A stretch of DNA of 64,000 bases from NCBI RefSeq assembly GCF_963921235.1, contig NW_026948145.1, positions 558,001 to 622,000 of the forward strand. Reading direction: 5' to 3'. The stretch comes from Mobula hypostoma (lineage: Eukaryota). The notes below the pieces were generated by a model, which did no database searches, was not told the origin of the DNA, and saw nothing but the letters and a program-made list of their open reading frames with translations. This document shows, piece by piece, positions 38,301 through 51,159 of this stretch (the first letter of the stretch is position 1; each line of letters opens with the position of its first letter). A program made the position numbers and the translations under genes.

Positions 38301-41300
38301 CCTCGATTCCCCACACCTCTTGCCTCCTTCGCCCTCTCTCAAAGGCCTGTACCTGTCTGCAGGGAGTCGAGGCTCTGGCTGTCCCTGGGTGGGTTCCACG
38401 AACGAGGACCACGCTGGGATCAGGACCGGCGAATCTACAATACCCACCTGCTACTTGACGACTCGGGTAAGAGGGATTGGCAGATGGAATAGCCGTGTGG
38501 GCTGGTGGGGGGCAGGAGGTCCCGAATCAGGGAAGGACGGGGAGAAACAGCCCTGTGTCTGGGACAGATTTGATTGTGAGGACAAATCCAGATTGATGTT
38601 TTCTGTCTGCTGTCACTGGGGGTGGTGTGACCATAGGAAGGTGGAATTAAAACCAGGAGGCAGAGCTACAAAGCATATTAATCCTGTTGTATTTAGGACA
38701 AACTGTGGGGCTCTACCGAAAGACCCACCTCTTCGATGTGGATCTCCCGGGTCAGGTCTCACTCAAGGAGAGCAGCTTCACCATTCCGGGACCACAAATT
38801 GAGCTGCCGGTTACAACTCCAGTTGGCAAGGTAAATGTGATGGGACTGTGTCTGACCCGTGTCCTGGGAGTGTGTGATGGGACAGTGTAGAGTGAGTTTC
38901 ACTCTGTGTCTGACCCTGGGAGTGTGTGATGGGACAGTGTAGAGTGAGCTTCACTCTGTGTCTGACCCGTGCCCTGGGAGTGTGTGATGGGACAGTGTAG
39001 AGTGAGCTTCACTCTGTGTCTGACCCTGGGAGTGTGTGATGGGACAGTGCGGAGGGAGTTACACTCTGTGTCTGACCCGTGCCCTGGGAGTGTGTATTGG
39101 GATAGTGTAGAGTGGGTGTGTGAAGGGACAATGTAGAGGGAGATTCACTCTGTGTCTGACCCCTGTCCTGGGAGTGCGTATTGGGATAGTGTAGAGGGGG
39201 TGTGTGAAGGGACAATGTAGAGGGAGATTCACTCTGTGTCTGACCCGTTCCCTGGGGGTGTGTGATGGATAGGGTAGAGGGAGATTCACTCTGTGTCTGA
39301 CCTGTGTTGTGCTTTCCTACCACAGATTGGACTTGCTATTTGTTATGATCTTCGATTCCCAGAAATATCTCGTACTCTAGCTGATGCTGGAGCAGAAATT
39401 CTTACATTCCCATCTGCTTTTACATTAACGACTGGCATGGCACATTGGGAGGTGAGGCTTCATGAGAGTAATTTCACTCTGTCAAATTTCAGGTTTGAAG
39501 AAAAGTGCTTAATAGTGATTTGTGTGTGTGTGAAATAAGGTGAAAACTTCAAAGACTTGGCATCTTTTAGATTATATCATCGTTCAGAGGAGGGATCACA
39601 GAAACGTAAAGAATACAAGAGCCATGATCAGTGCTGATGATGGCTGGACAGACCAGTGGCTTATTTGCTCACAAATGACCATCAAAATCATGTGGAGGAG
39701 TGGAGTGAAAAAGAACGTGAGCCGTCCCGGGTTCAACATTGAGAGCCTAAAAGACACAGTGAAGGTACAATATCTCCAGGTTGCCCTTTCTGAAAGATTC
39801 CCAAAGCAGTATCTGGAGGACATTGAAGCACACTGGACTACACTGAGGATTACCATCCTTGATACTTGTGAAAATATCATTAGATACAAGACCTGAAAAA
39901 ACAAAGTTTTTATGTTTGGCAGAACTGGTATTCTCACTTAATAACTTCTCTTTTGGCTCTTCCCACTTTCTTCAGACCAAGGGTGTAGCTATGGGCACTC
40001 GCATGGGCCCCAGCTATGCCTGCCTCTTTGTTGGTTATGTGGAACAGTCTATGCTCCAAACCTATACTGGTGCTGCTCCCCAGCTTTTCGTTCGCTACAT
40101 TGACGACTATATTGGCGCTGCTTCCTGCACCCATGCTGAGCTTGTCAATTTCATCGACTTTGCTTCTAGCTTCCACCCAGCCCTCAGATTCACTTGGTCC
40201 ATCTCGGACACTTCTCTCCCCTTTCTCGATCTCTCGGTCTCCATCTCTGGAGACAGACTGTCCACTGACATCTTCTATATGCCCACTGACTCTCATAACT
40301 ACCTTGAGTATACCTCTTCCCACACTGCCACATGGAAAAATGCTATTCCTTATTCCCAGTTCATCCATCTCCGCTGCATCTGCTCCCAGGATGAGGCTTT
40401 CCGTTCCAGGACATCTCAAATGTCCTCTTTCTTTAAGGATCGTGGTTTCCCTTCTGTCGTCATCAATGATGCCCTCACCCGCATCTCCTCCATTTCCTGC
40501 ACTTTGGCCCTCACCCCATCCTCCCGTCACCACAACAGGGACAGTTTCCCTTGTCCTTACCTACCACCCCACCAGCCTCCGAATCCAGCACATTATCCTC
40601 CGCAACTTCCGCCACCTTCAACAGGACCCCACCACTAAACACATCTTTCCCTCTCTACCCCTCTCCGCTTTCCGCAGGGATCGGTCCCTCCGCGACTCCC
40701 TGGTCCACACATCCCTCCCCACGGATCTCCCACCCGGCACTTATCCCTATAAGCATAAGTGCTACACCTGTCCCTACACCTCCTCTCTCACCACTATTCG
40801 GGCCACAAACAGTCCTTCCAAGTGAGGCAACACTTGTGAGTCTGTTGGGGTGATCGATTGCATCCGGTGCTCCCAACGCAGATTGGGGGACCGCTTCGTC
40901 GAGCACCTCTGCTCCGTTCGCCGCAACAGACAGGATCTCCCGGTAGCTGCCCACTCCAACTCTGCTTCACGTTCCCATTTGGATATGTCCATACATGGCC
41001 TCCTCTACTGCCACGATGAGGCCAAACTCAGGTTGGAGGAGCAACACCTCATACACCGTCTGGGTAGTCTCCAGCCACTTGGCATAAACATTAAATTCTC
41101 CAACTTCCGGTAATTCCCTCCCCCTCCCAGTTTCACTCTGCACCCTCCCCCAGCTGCCTATCACCTCCCTCATGGTTCCCCCTCCTTCTACTACCCATTG
41201 TGCTTTCCCTTATTCCTTCTTCACCTTTCCTGCCTATCGCCTCCCTGCTTCCCCTCCCCCACCACTTTATCTTTCCCCTTACTGGTTTTTCACCTGGAAC

Positions 41301-44028
41301 CTACCAGCCTTCTCCTTCCCACCCTCCCCCACCTTCTTTATAGGGCCTCTGCCCCCTCCCTCTACAGTCCTGACGAAGGGTTCCAGCCCAAAACGTTGAC
41401 TGATGGTTTCCACGGATGCTGCCTGACCTGCTGAGTTCCTCCAGCGTGTTGTGCATGTTTCTTTAACCCCAGCATCTGCAGATCATTTTGGTTTGATGAA
41501 AATGACAATGAAATAGAAGGGCTAATCAACAAAAAAGGAAAGCTTTCTGTGCCTGGCAGAAGGACATTAATAACAAGGCTAAAAAAGCAGCCCATTTCAA
41601 AGCAAAGGCTTTAGTCTAGTTTAGAGTAAGGGGAATAAAGAATCAGTGGTAGACTGAGAGGGCCCCAGAAACACGGCAGCCTGCTGACTCTGGTGATATC
41701 AGGGTTTCTTTATTGCCACCGAGGCCGTGGCCTAAACTTCCTTCACACCAAAGATGGACAAAGGCTGCTAAAGGACAATGATGCCATCAATTCTGATGGC
41801 AGGAACACTTTCAGGAGCTACTTAATCCTAACACCACTGTTGATATTGAAGTTCCCACAACGACCCATGAAGGAGGATGTGAGTAAGCCTCCCAGTATCA
41901 AAGAGGTGCAGATAGCTTACAAGAAATTGAGGAACAACAAGGCCACCAGGCCTGATGGAATTCCAGCAGAAATTCTCGAGGAAGGTGACATAGAACTTTT
42001 AAATCCTATTCATGACCTGCTGGGACCAGGAGAAGATTCTGGCTGAACTCAGGGATGCCCTGATTGTCACACTCTTCAAAGAGGGTGATAAAGCTGACTG
42101 CAGAAACCATAGTGGCATCTCTCTCCTCTCTACAACAGGAAAGATACTCACCTGAATTTTATGTGACTGGTTTTCACCTCTGGCAGAAGATCTCCTGCCT
42201 GAGTCTCAGTGTGGCCTTCATCCAGCCAGAGGAGTACCTGATGTGATATTTACAGCACATCAATTGCAGGAGCAAGCTCGGGAACAAACTCTCCCATATG
42301 GCTTTCATAGACTTTACAGAAGCATTTGACTCTGTATCTTGTCCTTTAGCAGGTACTGTCCAAATTCAGGTGCCCGGAGAAATACCTCAAGGTCCTGCAG
42401 CTCTTACACAGTGATATGAGTGCAACAGTCATTAGCAGCAGCAGCCCTGAAACAGCTCCTTTTAAGGTTGAGACCAGGGTTAAACAGGGGTGCATCGTTG
42501 CCCCAACTCTGTTTGCCAATTTCATTGCAACCATTCTTCACCTCACAGGCCAAGACCTCCCATAAGCAGTCTAGATTCTCTATAGGACCTTAACAGGTTC
42601 AAGACAAAGAGCAAGGTGTCAACTATTTCTATCATGCAGCTCCAATATGCAGACAACAACATAGTAGCTTGCTGTAAAGAGGATCTGCAGTGTACAATGG
42701 ATGCTTTTGCCAGAGCATACAAGCTCCTGGGACTTGATCTAAACATCAAGAAAACCCAAGTCCTGCACCAAACTGCTCCAAATCAAGCTCCTAAACCTCC
42801 AACCATCCAAATTGACAACGTCCCTCTGGAGGACACTTGTCATTGTCCGTATTTGGGCAGCCTTCTTTCTTCAAGAGCCAACATTACATTGAAATAACTC
42901 ACAGAATAGGCTGTGTGAGTGGAGCTGTTGCCAGCCTGAGAAAGAGGGTTTTTGAAGATCAAGATAGCAAGACCAACTCAAGCTTCTGGTCTATAAAGTT
43001 AAAGTCCTCACCTACTTACTATATGGAGTGGAGTCATGGACAACATACAGCAGGCACATAAAATCCCACTTACCATCAAAGTTTCCTCTGAGAGCTGAAG
43101 AACGGGCATACTAACTCCAGCATCCTGTTGGAAGCTGACATTAACCCCATAGCCACAATCATCACTCAACACCAACTGCGATGGGTCGGCCACATCATCC
43201 GTATCCCTGACTCCTGCCTCCCTAAAGGACTCCTGTTCAGCCAACTCAAGGATGCAAAGCGACTCCTGAAGGCCAGAAAAAGCAGCTCAAGGACAACATC
43301 AAGGCCCACCTGAAGAAGTACTACATCAACCTGAATGGGTGGGAGAAATTATCACAGGACAGGAAAAGCTGGAGAAGGACTGTCTATGAGGGGACTGCAC
43401 AGCTCAAAGAATACCTCCACTGTGCCGCTGAAACTAAGCGGCTTCAACGTAAGGAGAGACTGGGAAAGGTCCAACCAGCTACATCCAGCACCCTCTCAAT
43501 GCCCTACACCTGCCAACACTGCAAAGGACTTGTAGATCACAGATCGGCCTCTTCAGTTATCTCAAGACCCACAAGTGACCAGATCAACACCAGGAAAGGA
43601 ATTGTACTCGACTACGAGTAATTGACGTGCGTGTGCGTGTGTCTCGGGTGTGAGGGAATGTTCCTTAGTAGTGTATCCTGTGTGCGTGCTGAGTGTGTGG
43701 ACTCCCACAGTGTGACCCACTGTTGCCCTGCCACTCATCCTGTTCTCTCTGGCAGACTCTCCTGCGGAGCCGGGCGATCGAGACACAGTGCTATGTGGTT
43801 GCGGCTGCACAGACAGGCCGGCACAATGACCGCCGCTTGTCCTTCGGCCACTCCATGGTGGTGGACCCCTGGGGCTGTGTGTTGGCCCAGTGTGGACAGG
43901 GCCCCGGTCTCTGCTGTGCTGAGGTCGACCTGGACTACCTGCGTCAGGTGCGCCAACAGATGCCCGTGACCCAACACCGGCGGAACGATCTCTACGGGAG
44001 TGTGGGTGAACCTCCATTCCTAAGCTGA
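35070..44028 (+). CDS. NIT1: Deaminated glutathione amidase (nitrilase 1), about 304 aa; join(35070..35104,37581..37823,38363..38466,38697..38830,39326..39451,43756..44028)
   Basis: Nitrilase triad in FLPEAFD, YRKTHLFDV and ICYDLRFPE; also PSAFT..AHWE, RAIETQCYV, GHSMVVDPWG; in-phase GT-AG junctions; AATAAA at 44111-44116. Confidence 0.93.
35755..37441 (-). mobile_element. Decayed Tc1-like DNA transposon in NIT1 intron 1, with a Penelope-end fragment (about 35847-35998) inside one TIR
   Basis: TA|CAGTGCCT...AGGCACTG|TG with long inverted termini; minus-strand transposase motifs AVKHSGGCIMLWGCF and FQQDNDPK. Confidence 0.85.
37581..37823 (+). CDS. NIT1: NIT1 exon 2 (second ATG at 37591)
   Basis: TLAMSSSRRALIGVGQMT..FLPEAFDYIA..QLA AG|gtaggc. 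Confidence 0.92.
38363..38466 (+). CDS. NIT1: NIT1 exon 3
   Basis: ESRLWLSLGGFHERG..IYNTHLLLDDS|gtaaga. Confidence 0.94.
38697..38830 (+). CDS. NIT1: NIT1 exon 4
   Basis: YRKTHLFDVDLPG..PVTTPVGK|gtaaat. Confidence 0.94.
38836..39305 (+). repeat. Intronic satellite filling NIT1 intron 4
   Basis: Tandem GGGAGTGTGTGATGGGACAGTGTAGAG..TTCACTCTGTGTCTGACCC units. Confidence 0.92.
39326..39451 (+). CDS. NIT1: NIT1 exon 5 (catalytic Cys)
   Basis: IGLAICYDLRFPE..PSAFTLTTGMAHWE|gtgagg. Confidence 0.95.
39530..43625 (+). mobile_element. Degenerate RTE-clade LINE in NIT1 intron 5, interrupted by a Penelope-like element
   Basis: WHLLDYIIV, NNKATRPDGIPAE, VKQGCIVAPTLF, LQYADNN, QLRWVGHIIRIPD, terminal CxxC..H motif. 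Confidence 0.85.
39900..41490 (+). mobile_element. 5'-truncated Penelope-like element (RT + GIY-YIG)
   Basis: QTKGVAMGTRMGPSYACLFVG..RYIDD..LPFLDL; RRLGDRFVEHL..LGINIKF. Confidence 0.9.
43756..44028 (+). CDS. NIT1: NIT1 last exon
   Basis: TLLRSRAIETQCYVVAAAQ..GHSMVVDPWG..HRRNDLYG..*. Confidence 0.95.
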   Translation, partial: TLLRSRAIETQCYVVAAAQTGRHNDRRLSFGHSMVVDPWGCVLAQCGQGPGLCCAEVDLDYLRQVRQQMPVTQHRRNDLYGSVGEPPFLS

Positions 44029-44329
44029 CTGTTCTCCTCACACTCTCACCATCGTTAATCAGGCACCAGAACTCTCTGTGTTCATCACATCTTATACCCC
44101 TGCTGCTGTCAATAAAGGAAATATTACCAGGAGCTGTCCGCTTAAGGGGATGAGGTGGGCTTGAAGGACTGCAGGCGAAGGCGGGAGCAGGATGTGTGAG
44201 AGATGGTTGAGGGGGCTGGTGTATGTGAGAAAGATCTTCCAAGAGTTTTTGTAGTCACACGATGAATACCCCTGTGTGTGTCTGTCTCTCTGGATTCTGC
44301 CACGCAGTTCTGGATCACCATCAAATTTG

Positions 44330-44920
44330 TACATAAGACGGAGTTCTGGCCTGTATCCGTAAGGGCACTGACTGCAGGAGCTGGGACGTTACGTTGCAGA
44401 TGTACAGCACGTAGGTGAGGCCACTTTTGGAAGACTGTGTTCAGTTTTGGTCATCCTGCTGTAGGAAAGATGTGATTAAGCTGGAAAGAGTGCAGAGGAT
44501 ATTACTGATAATGTTGCCAGGACTCGGACTGACTGGACGTGTTGGGAATGTTCTCGCTTGAGCTTAGGAGAAGGATGGGTGATCTTATGGAGGTGTATAC
44601 AATTCTCAGTGACGTGGATAGGGTCTGTGCACTCATTTTCTCCCCATGGTTTGGGAATGACGAGCCAGAGGGCAGGTTTACAGTGAAAGGGCAGAGATTT
44701 AATAAGGACCTTTGGGCAACTTTTCCACACCAAGGCTGGTCAGTATTTGGAGTAAGCTGCCACAGGCAGGCATGTTAACAACATTTGCAAGGTATTTGGA
44801 TAGGAAAGGTTTCGAGGAATTCTGGCCAAATCTAAGCAAATGGATCTACCTTAGGTAGGCACTTTGGCTATTATAGACCATTTGGGATGAAGGGCCTGTT
44901 TCCACACACTATGATTCTAC
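44330..44920 (+). mobile_element. Decayed CR1 3' fragment
   Basis: DCVQFWS, FSLELRRRMGDLMEVY. Confidence 0.65.
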
Positions 44921-45907
44921 GAGATGGTTGGGCTTCAGTAACGTAGACAGTGAAGAGCTGGACCCTGGAACTTATTCCTGTGGCTGGTCCCAGTCTGGAT
45001 ATGATTATTCCTGAACAGGAGAGATCTGCAGATGCTAAGTCTATCCTGAATCCAAAACAACATACAAAAAATGCTGGAGGAACTCAGCAGGTCAGGCAGC
45101 ATCTATGGAGAGGAATAAACAGATGGCATTTCATTTCATGCTGAGACCCTTCGTTTCCAGTCCTGAAGAAGAGTCTTGGCCTGAAGTGTCAACTGTTTAT
45201 TCATTTCGATAGATGCTGCCTGACCTGCTGAGTTCCTCCATCATTTAGTGTATGAAGTTTATTACTGCTGTTTCCTGTCTCTTCGGCAGTCCAAGGTCCA
45301 CACTGGTCTATTGCCGTCAATACCCTGTGTTGAACTTTTGTTTAATTGTCATTGCCTGCACCTTATCAAAAAAATGCCGAAAGTTCAAACACACCACATC
45401 AGCCTTATCTGTCAATGGTTACAACCTGAGCAATCGGCAGAGAGTTGGCCAGCTGTGATTTCCCTTTGATCATTCTGCACTGGCTCTGCCCTGTCCCATT
45501 CCAACTTGCCACTTTCTAGCCTTTTCACTGCAACTGATCCCTGCTTTGCTGCTTTCCATCCCTTCCCTCCTTCAAATCCTGGGCTGCATGCCATCTAGTC
45601 CTGCAGCTTATTGCTTTCCATTCTCACTCATTTCACCAACAATAAATGTTATCCTATCAATAATTTCCACTGCTCACTCACTCTCAATCCAGTGGACTGC
45701 ATTGTTTCTGGGAGGTTTTCTGTGTCCCCCTGTGTGAAAGGCAGGCATAAGATATTTGTTGAACCTCTGTAATTCCATTGATACTTCCTCAATTTCTGAG
45801 AGTTCTTTGCTTCTTCAATTTTCACTTCAAATCTTACAAAAAACAAAAGTTTATTTGATATAACATAGAACATAGAATAGTACAGCACAGTACCGGCCCT
45901 TTGGCCC

Positions 45908-46921
45908 TGTCATGGTCCGGTCCGTGAAGTCCGTATTCTAGTTCACAGTCCGGTCCATCGACCTTTGCTCCAGGTTTTCCTGTCTACCCTGTTTCTGTTC
46001 TTGTTGAGCTGTAAATGAGCCAGCTGATGCTCGTTGGGGCTGGCTGCATAAATACCCAGTGACCAGGGTATGGCTGCTGGATTGGTCTTGTCCTTACTCC
46101 TTGTATGCCTTCTGTTTCCTTGCCTGAAGCCTTGCCTTGTTTTGCCGGTAACTCTTGCCTCGCCTGAAGTTCTCGTTTTGCCTTGCATTGCCTGAAGCCT
46201 TGCCTGGTCTTGCTGGTATCTCTCGCCTCGTCTCACCTGCAGTCTTGTCCTGGAGCCACCCTGTACCTAGCTCCCTTCCTGCCCCTTGCCTCCGCCCAGG
46301 TAAGCCAGGCCATCTTGCTGTTACCCTGCGGTTGGTTCTGTCCCTTCCTGTTCCTTGCCTCCGTCGGGTAAGCCAGGCCGTATTGCCGTTACCTACGGTT
46401 GGTTCTGTCCCTTCCTAACCCTTGCCTCTGTCGGGTGGTGATCCGCACCCTGCCCAGGAGGAGTCTCTAGCCTCCTGCCTCCTGCCAAGCCTGGCCTCAA
46501 GTCTCCAGCCTCCTGCCTCCTGCCAAGCCAAATCTCTAGCCTCTAGCCTGGAGACTCCAGCCTCCTGCCTAGCCTCAAGCCTGAAGACTCCAGCCCCCTG
46601 CCAAGCCTCGCCTCAAGTCTCCTGCCTCCTGCCAAGCCTTGCCTCAAGTCTCTAAGACTCCAGCCTCGTCCTGCCTGCCAGCCAGGCCTCGTCCTTGCCT
46701 AGTTGAGGGGTCCGAGCCAGAGGCAAGACCAGGTACTGGGTCCTTGTCCAGTCTCTGGCTCGGAGTCCAAGCCTGGGCTCCTAGCTCTTGTCCAGTCCTG
46801 TTCCGGGTTCCTGGTTTTCGTGTCCATGTCCTTGCTCTCACCCTGTATCCTAGTCCCGTCCCTAGCCCTTCAGTATCTGTGTCTTGCACTTGGGTCCGTT
46901 CCCAGCCACCTCCTTATGACA
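45908..46921 (+). mobile_element. Solo LTR (1014 bp) with 5-bp TSD GGCCC, inserted in a CR1 tail
   Basis: TGTCAT...ATGACA termini; GGCCC at 45903-45907 and 46922-46926; strand given only relative to the copy at 52957. Confidence 0.85.
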
Positions 46922-47974
46922 GGCCCACAATGTTGTGCCGACCCTCAAACCCTGCCTCCCATATAAGCCCCCACCTTAAATTCCTCCATATACCTATCTA
47001 GAAGTCTCTTAAACTTCACTAATGTATCTGCCTCCACCACTGACTCAGGCAGTGCATTCCACGCACCAACCACTCTCTGAGTAAAAAACCTTCCTCTAAT
47101 ATCCCCTTTGAACTTCCCACCCCTTACCTTAAAGCCATGTCCTCTTTTGTTGGCTATTTCCCTACTTCACCAAATAACTTTAAGGGACAGGGCAGGGAAA
47201 TGGAGAGAGGGGGAGAGAGAAAGAGAAAGAGAGGGGGAGAGAGAGATAAATGAGGTAGAATGACAAATGGATGGAAAGAGCAAGTGAGGCCGAAGCCAGG
47301 GAGTGAAGGGAAGGGAGAGTGAGAAGGAGGTGGGAGAGAGAGTTTTAAAAAGACAGAGTGAGAAGAAGAGTGGGAATCCTAAAATCTCAGAAAGTTTACT
47401 ATACAGGAGTAGCCTTTCAATGTAACAAGTTCATACTGTACAGGAACAGCTCCACCCCCTGCAGCTACACCCTCCCACACTGGGTCTGTACCACTGTGGG
47501 TCATGGCACATCACCCACTGTGAGGAGGGCCTCTGTCTCCCCTGTCAGGCAACGTTCCAGACCCCCACTATCTGGGGAAATACCTTCCCTCCTCTCCCCT
47601 CTATCCAGGTCCCTGTTCCTGTAAACTTCTGCATCTGGTCTCAGGGCACTTGCTCCTTTCTATTTGCTTTGGCCAGACCATTCACCATTTCACATCCCTC
47701 CATGATCTCCTTGCTGCCTCTTGTGTTTAATAGGAAACATCCTCAGCTTCTCCCGTTCCCGTCTCTCCTCACAGTGACAGTGTTCCAGACACACCAATGT
47801 CCTTGTAAATCGACCCCTCCTCTCCAGTGGGACTACAGTTCTTCTGGAATGTGGTCAGGCTGGGGTGTAACTGCTGTGGGACACAGCTTTGGTGTCTCAT
47901 CCCTGATCTTTTCTCTTTCTCAGGAATGAGAGTGACCCTTTCCTTCTAATTCTATGGGCCCTGAGGTGACTGAT

Positions 47975-49900
47975 GAATCAGATTCAGAATCAGAGTTAAT
48001 ATCACCAGCATATGTCGTGAAATTTGTGAACTTTACAGCAGCAGTACAATGAAATACATGATAAATATACAGGAAAAAACACTGAATTACAGTAAGTATG
48101 TATATGCCCATTAAATAGTTAAAATGAGTAGTGCAAAAAATACTGAAATAAAAATAGAGAGGTAGTGTTCATGGGTTCAATGTCCATTTAGCAATTGGAT
48201 GGCAGAGGGGAATAAGCTGTTTCTGAATCACTGAGTGCCTGCTTTCGGGCTTCTGAACCTCCTTTCTGACGATAACATTGAGAAGAGGCATATCCTGGGT
48301 GGTGGGGATCCTTAATGATGGGCACCACTCCTTAAAGATGTCTTGGATACTACGGAGGCTGGTACCCTTGATAGAGCTGACTAACTTTACAAGTTTCTGC
48401 AACTTACTTTGATTTTATGTAGTAGCCTCACCTCCCATACCAGACAGTGATGCAGCCAGTCAGAATGCTCTCCATGGTACATTTGTAGAAGTTTTTGAGT
48501 GTTTTCAAACTGACAAACCAAGTCACCTCAGACTGCTAATGAAATATAGCTGCTGTCTTGCCTTTATAGCTGCATCAATATGTTACGTCCAGATTAGGTC
48601 CTCAGTGATATCACACCTAGGAACTTGAAACTGCTCACTCTCTCCATTTCTGATCCCTCTATGAAGATGGTTTGTGTTCCCTCGTCTTACCCTTTCTGAA
48701 GTCCACAATCAGCTGTTTGGTCTTTCTGATGTGCAAGGTTTTTGCTGTGACACCACTCAACTAACTGGTATATCCCACTGCTGTATGCCCTTTCATCAGC
48801 ATCCGAAATTCTGCCAGCAATGGTTATGTCATCAGCAAATGTATAGCTATGCCTAACGACACATTCAGTCATTGATATAGCGAGAGTAGAGCAGAGCAGT
48901 GTTGGTCTTCCAGTTAGTAAGTGAGGATTCATTTGTGGAGGGGAGGTACAGAGACTTTTCAATCAGGACTGTAGGAATCATGGTGTTGAACGCTGAGCTA
49001 TATTCAATACTGTAAACAGCATCCTGACGTAAGTATTTGCATTGTCCAGGTGATCCAAGGCCACGTGAAGAACCATTCAGAATGTGTCTGCTGTAGACCT
49101 TTTGTGGCAATAGGCAAATTGAAGTGGGTCTAGGTCCTTCTTGAGACAGGTGTTGATCCTAGACTTGACCAAACTCTCAATGTATTTTGTTGCCAAGGAT
49201 GTGAGCACTACTGGACAATGGTCGTTAAGGCAGCTCTTCTTGGGCACTGTTATAATTGTTGCCCTTTTGAAGCAAGTGGGACAGGAATGTAGCAGTGAGA
49301 CATTTAAAATGTCTTTGAGTACCCCCACTAGTTGGTTGGCACAGGCTTCAGAGTCTTACCAGGTACTTCATCAGGCCCTGTCACCTTGCAAGGATTCACC
49401 CTCTTGAAAGACTGCTTGACATCGGCCTCTGAGACAGAGACATCAAACATTGCAGGGATCCTCACAGAAGTATGTTTATTCTCCCTTTCAAAATAAGCAG
49501 AGTAGGCTTTGAGTTCATCTGGTAGCGAAGCACTGCTGCCACTCATGATGTTGGGCTTCACTTTGTAGGAAGTAATGTCTTGCAAACCCTGCCAGAGTTG
49601 ACGTGCAGCCAGTGTCTCCTCCAATCTCTCTTGGAATTGTTTCTTTGCTCTTGAAATAGCCCTCCTGATTTTGTTGGACAGACCTCGGTCACCAGACTTA
49701 AATGCCACAAGTCAGCAGGCTGTGAACCTCCTGGTTCAGCCACGGCTTTTGGTTTGGGAATGTATAATACAGTACGTTTTTGTAGGCACCTGCTCATCCA
49801 CACAGGTCTTAATGAAGTCAGTGTGGCATCCAAAGACCCTTCCCAGATGGGACAGGTGGTGGGTGAGGAATTTGTGAGGTAATGGCTCCTCCCACTGCTC
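47975..49900 (-). mobile_element. Degenerate Rex1/Babar-like LINE
   Basis: CFKRATIITVPKKSCLND..DLDPLQFAY; YSSAFNT; YTFADDITI. Confidence 0.8.
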
Positions 49901-51159
49901 ACTCTTGTGTGCTATCGATCCACAGTTCCAGAATCCCAGTTCTGTCTCAAACACTCCCTCTATACATGGAACAGTCATGGGCTGGAGATTCCCAGGATTC
50001 AGTGGGAATGTTGTGTCCCTTCACAGAGACTTTAAGCACATCTTTGAGTTGTTCCCTCTGTCAGCCTGGTGATCTCTTCCCATGATGGATCTGGGAACAG
50101 ACTGTGAGGTGTGGGAGTCTGGTATTGAGCTTGGAAATGACGTGGTCTATCCAATGGACAGGGTGTGACTGAGGCCTCCATGCTGCGGATGTTGGGCTGG
50201 GAGAGGTCACCGATACTGGTTGACTGATCCTTCCAGTGGATTGGGAGGGTTTGTGGGGACAGTGCTGATGTTGTATCCCTCCAATACCTTGAGGAGCTTG
50301 CTGTAGATGGTCCAAATTGCAGTGGGTCCAGGGCCTTGCTGAGACAGGGTTGCCCACTAGATCATGTCTGTCTAAAGAGGTCTTCGCCCTTTTCCATGAT
50401 CAACTGAAGGTGATGATGACAGTCACCGTCAATGTTCTCCTTCAACAAGAGGTAGCTCCTAAGAAGTAGTCCATTTCCCAGGGTCTCACCTTGGACCTGT
50501 TGTATAGTGGTGACAAGTTGCTGAATGTTGTTAGTGAGCCCACTCTGTTGCACTTCACTGAATAAGCTCCTGATCTTGAAGCCCAGCAGTGACTACACGC
50601 TGCAACTGGACGAATGACATCAGGGTAACCTTGGTCATGGAGGTATCAGCAGAGGAGGCTTTCTGCTGTCTACCTTGAGAAAGGTTTCAAAAGTACATTT
50701 AAGGTCAGAGAAATGTATACAATATACATCCTGAAATTTGTTTTCTTGGCAACCATCCACGAAAACAGAGGAGTGCCCCAAAGAATGAATGTTAAATGTT
50801 AGAACCCCAAAGTCCCCCCAGCTCTCCCTCCCACTTGTAGGTAGCAGCAAAGCAATGATCCCCCTCCCCCACCAGCAAAAAAAGTATCACGTCCCCCACC
50901 GAGCACTCAAGGGTGCAGCAAAACATCAATAAAAACACAGACTTGCAGTACCCCAAAGACTACTCGTTTACCCGGTAATTCGACATTCCACAGGCTCTCT
51001 CTGTCCCTAATAAGGGAAAAAGGGGTGTCTCCGTTACCACCAGCTCCTCCTCCTAAGTGACTCCCTACATTTCAGTGTGGATTTTCTCCCTGCAGAGGCA
51101 CTATTTTGTTACAAATGTCTGCTTGCTTTGAAAGAGAGGAGAAAACTTTGGCTATGAGG

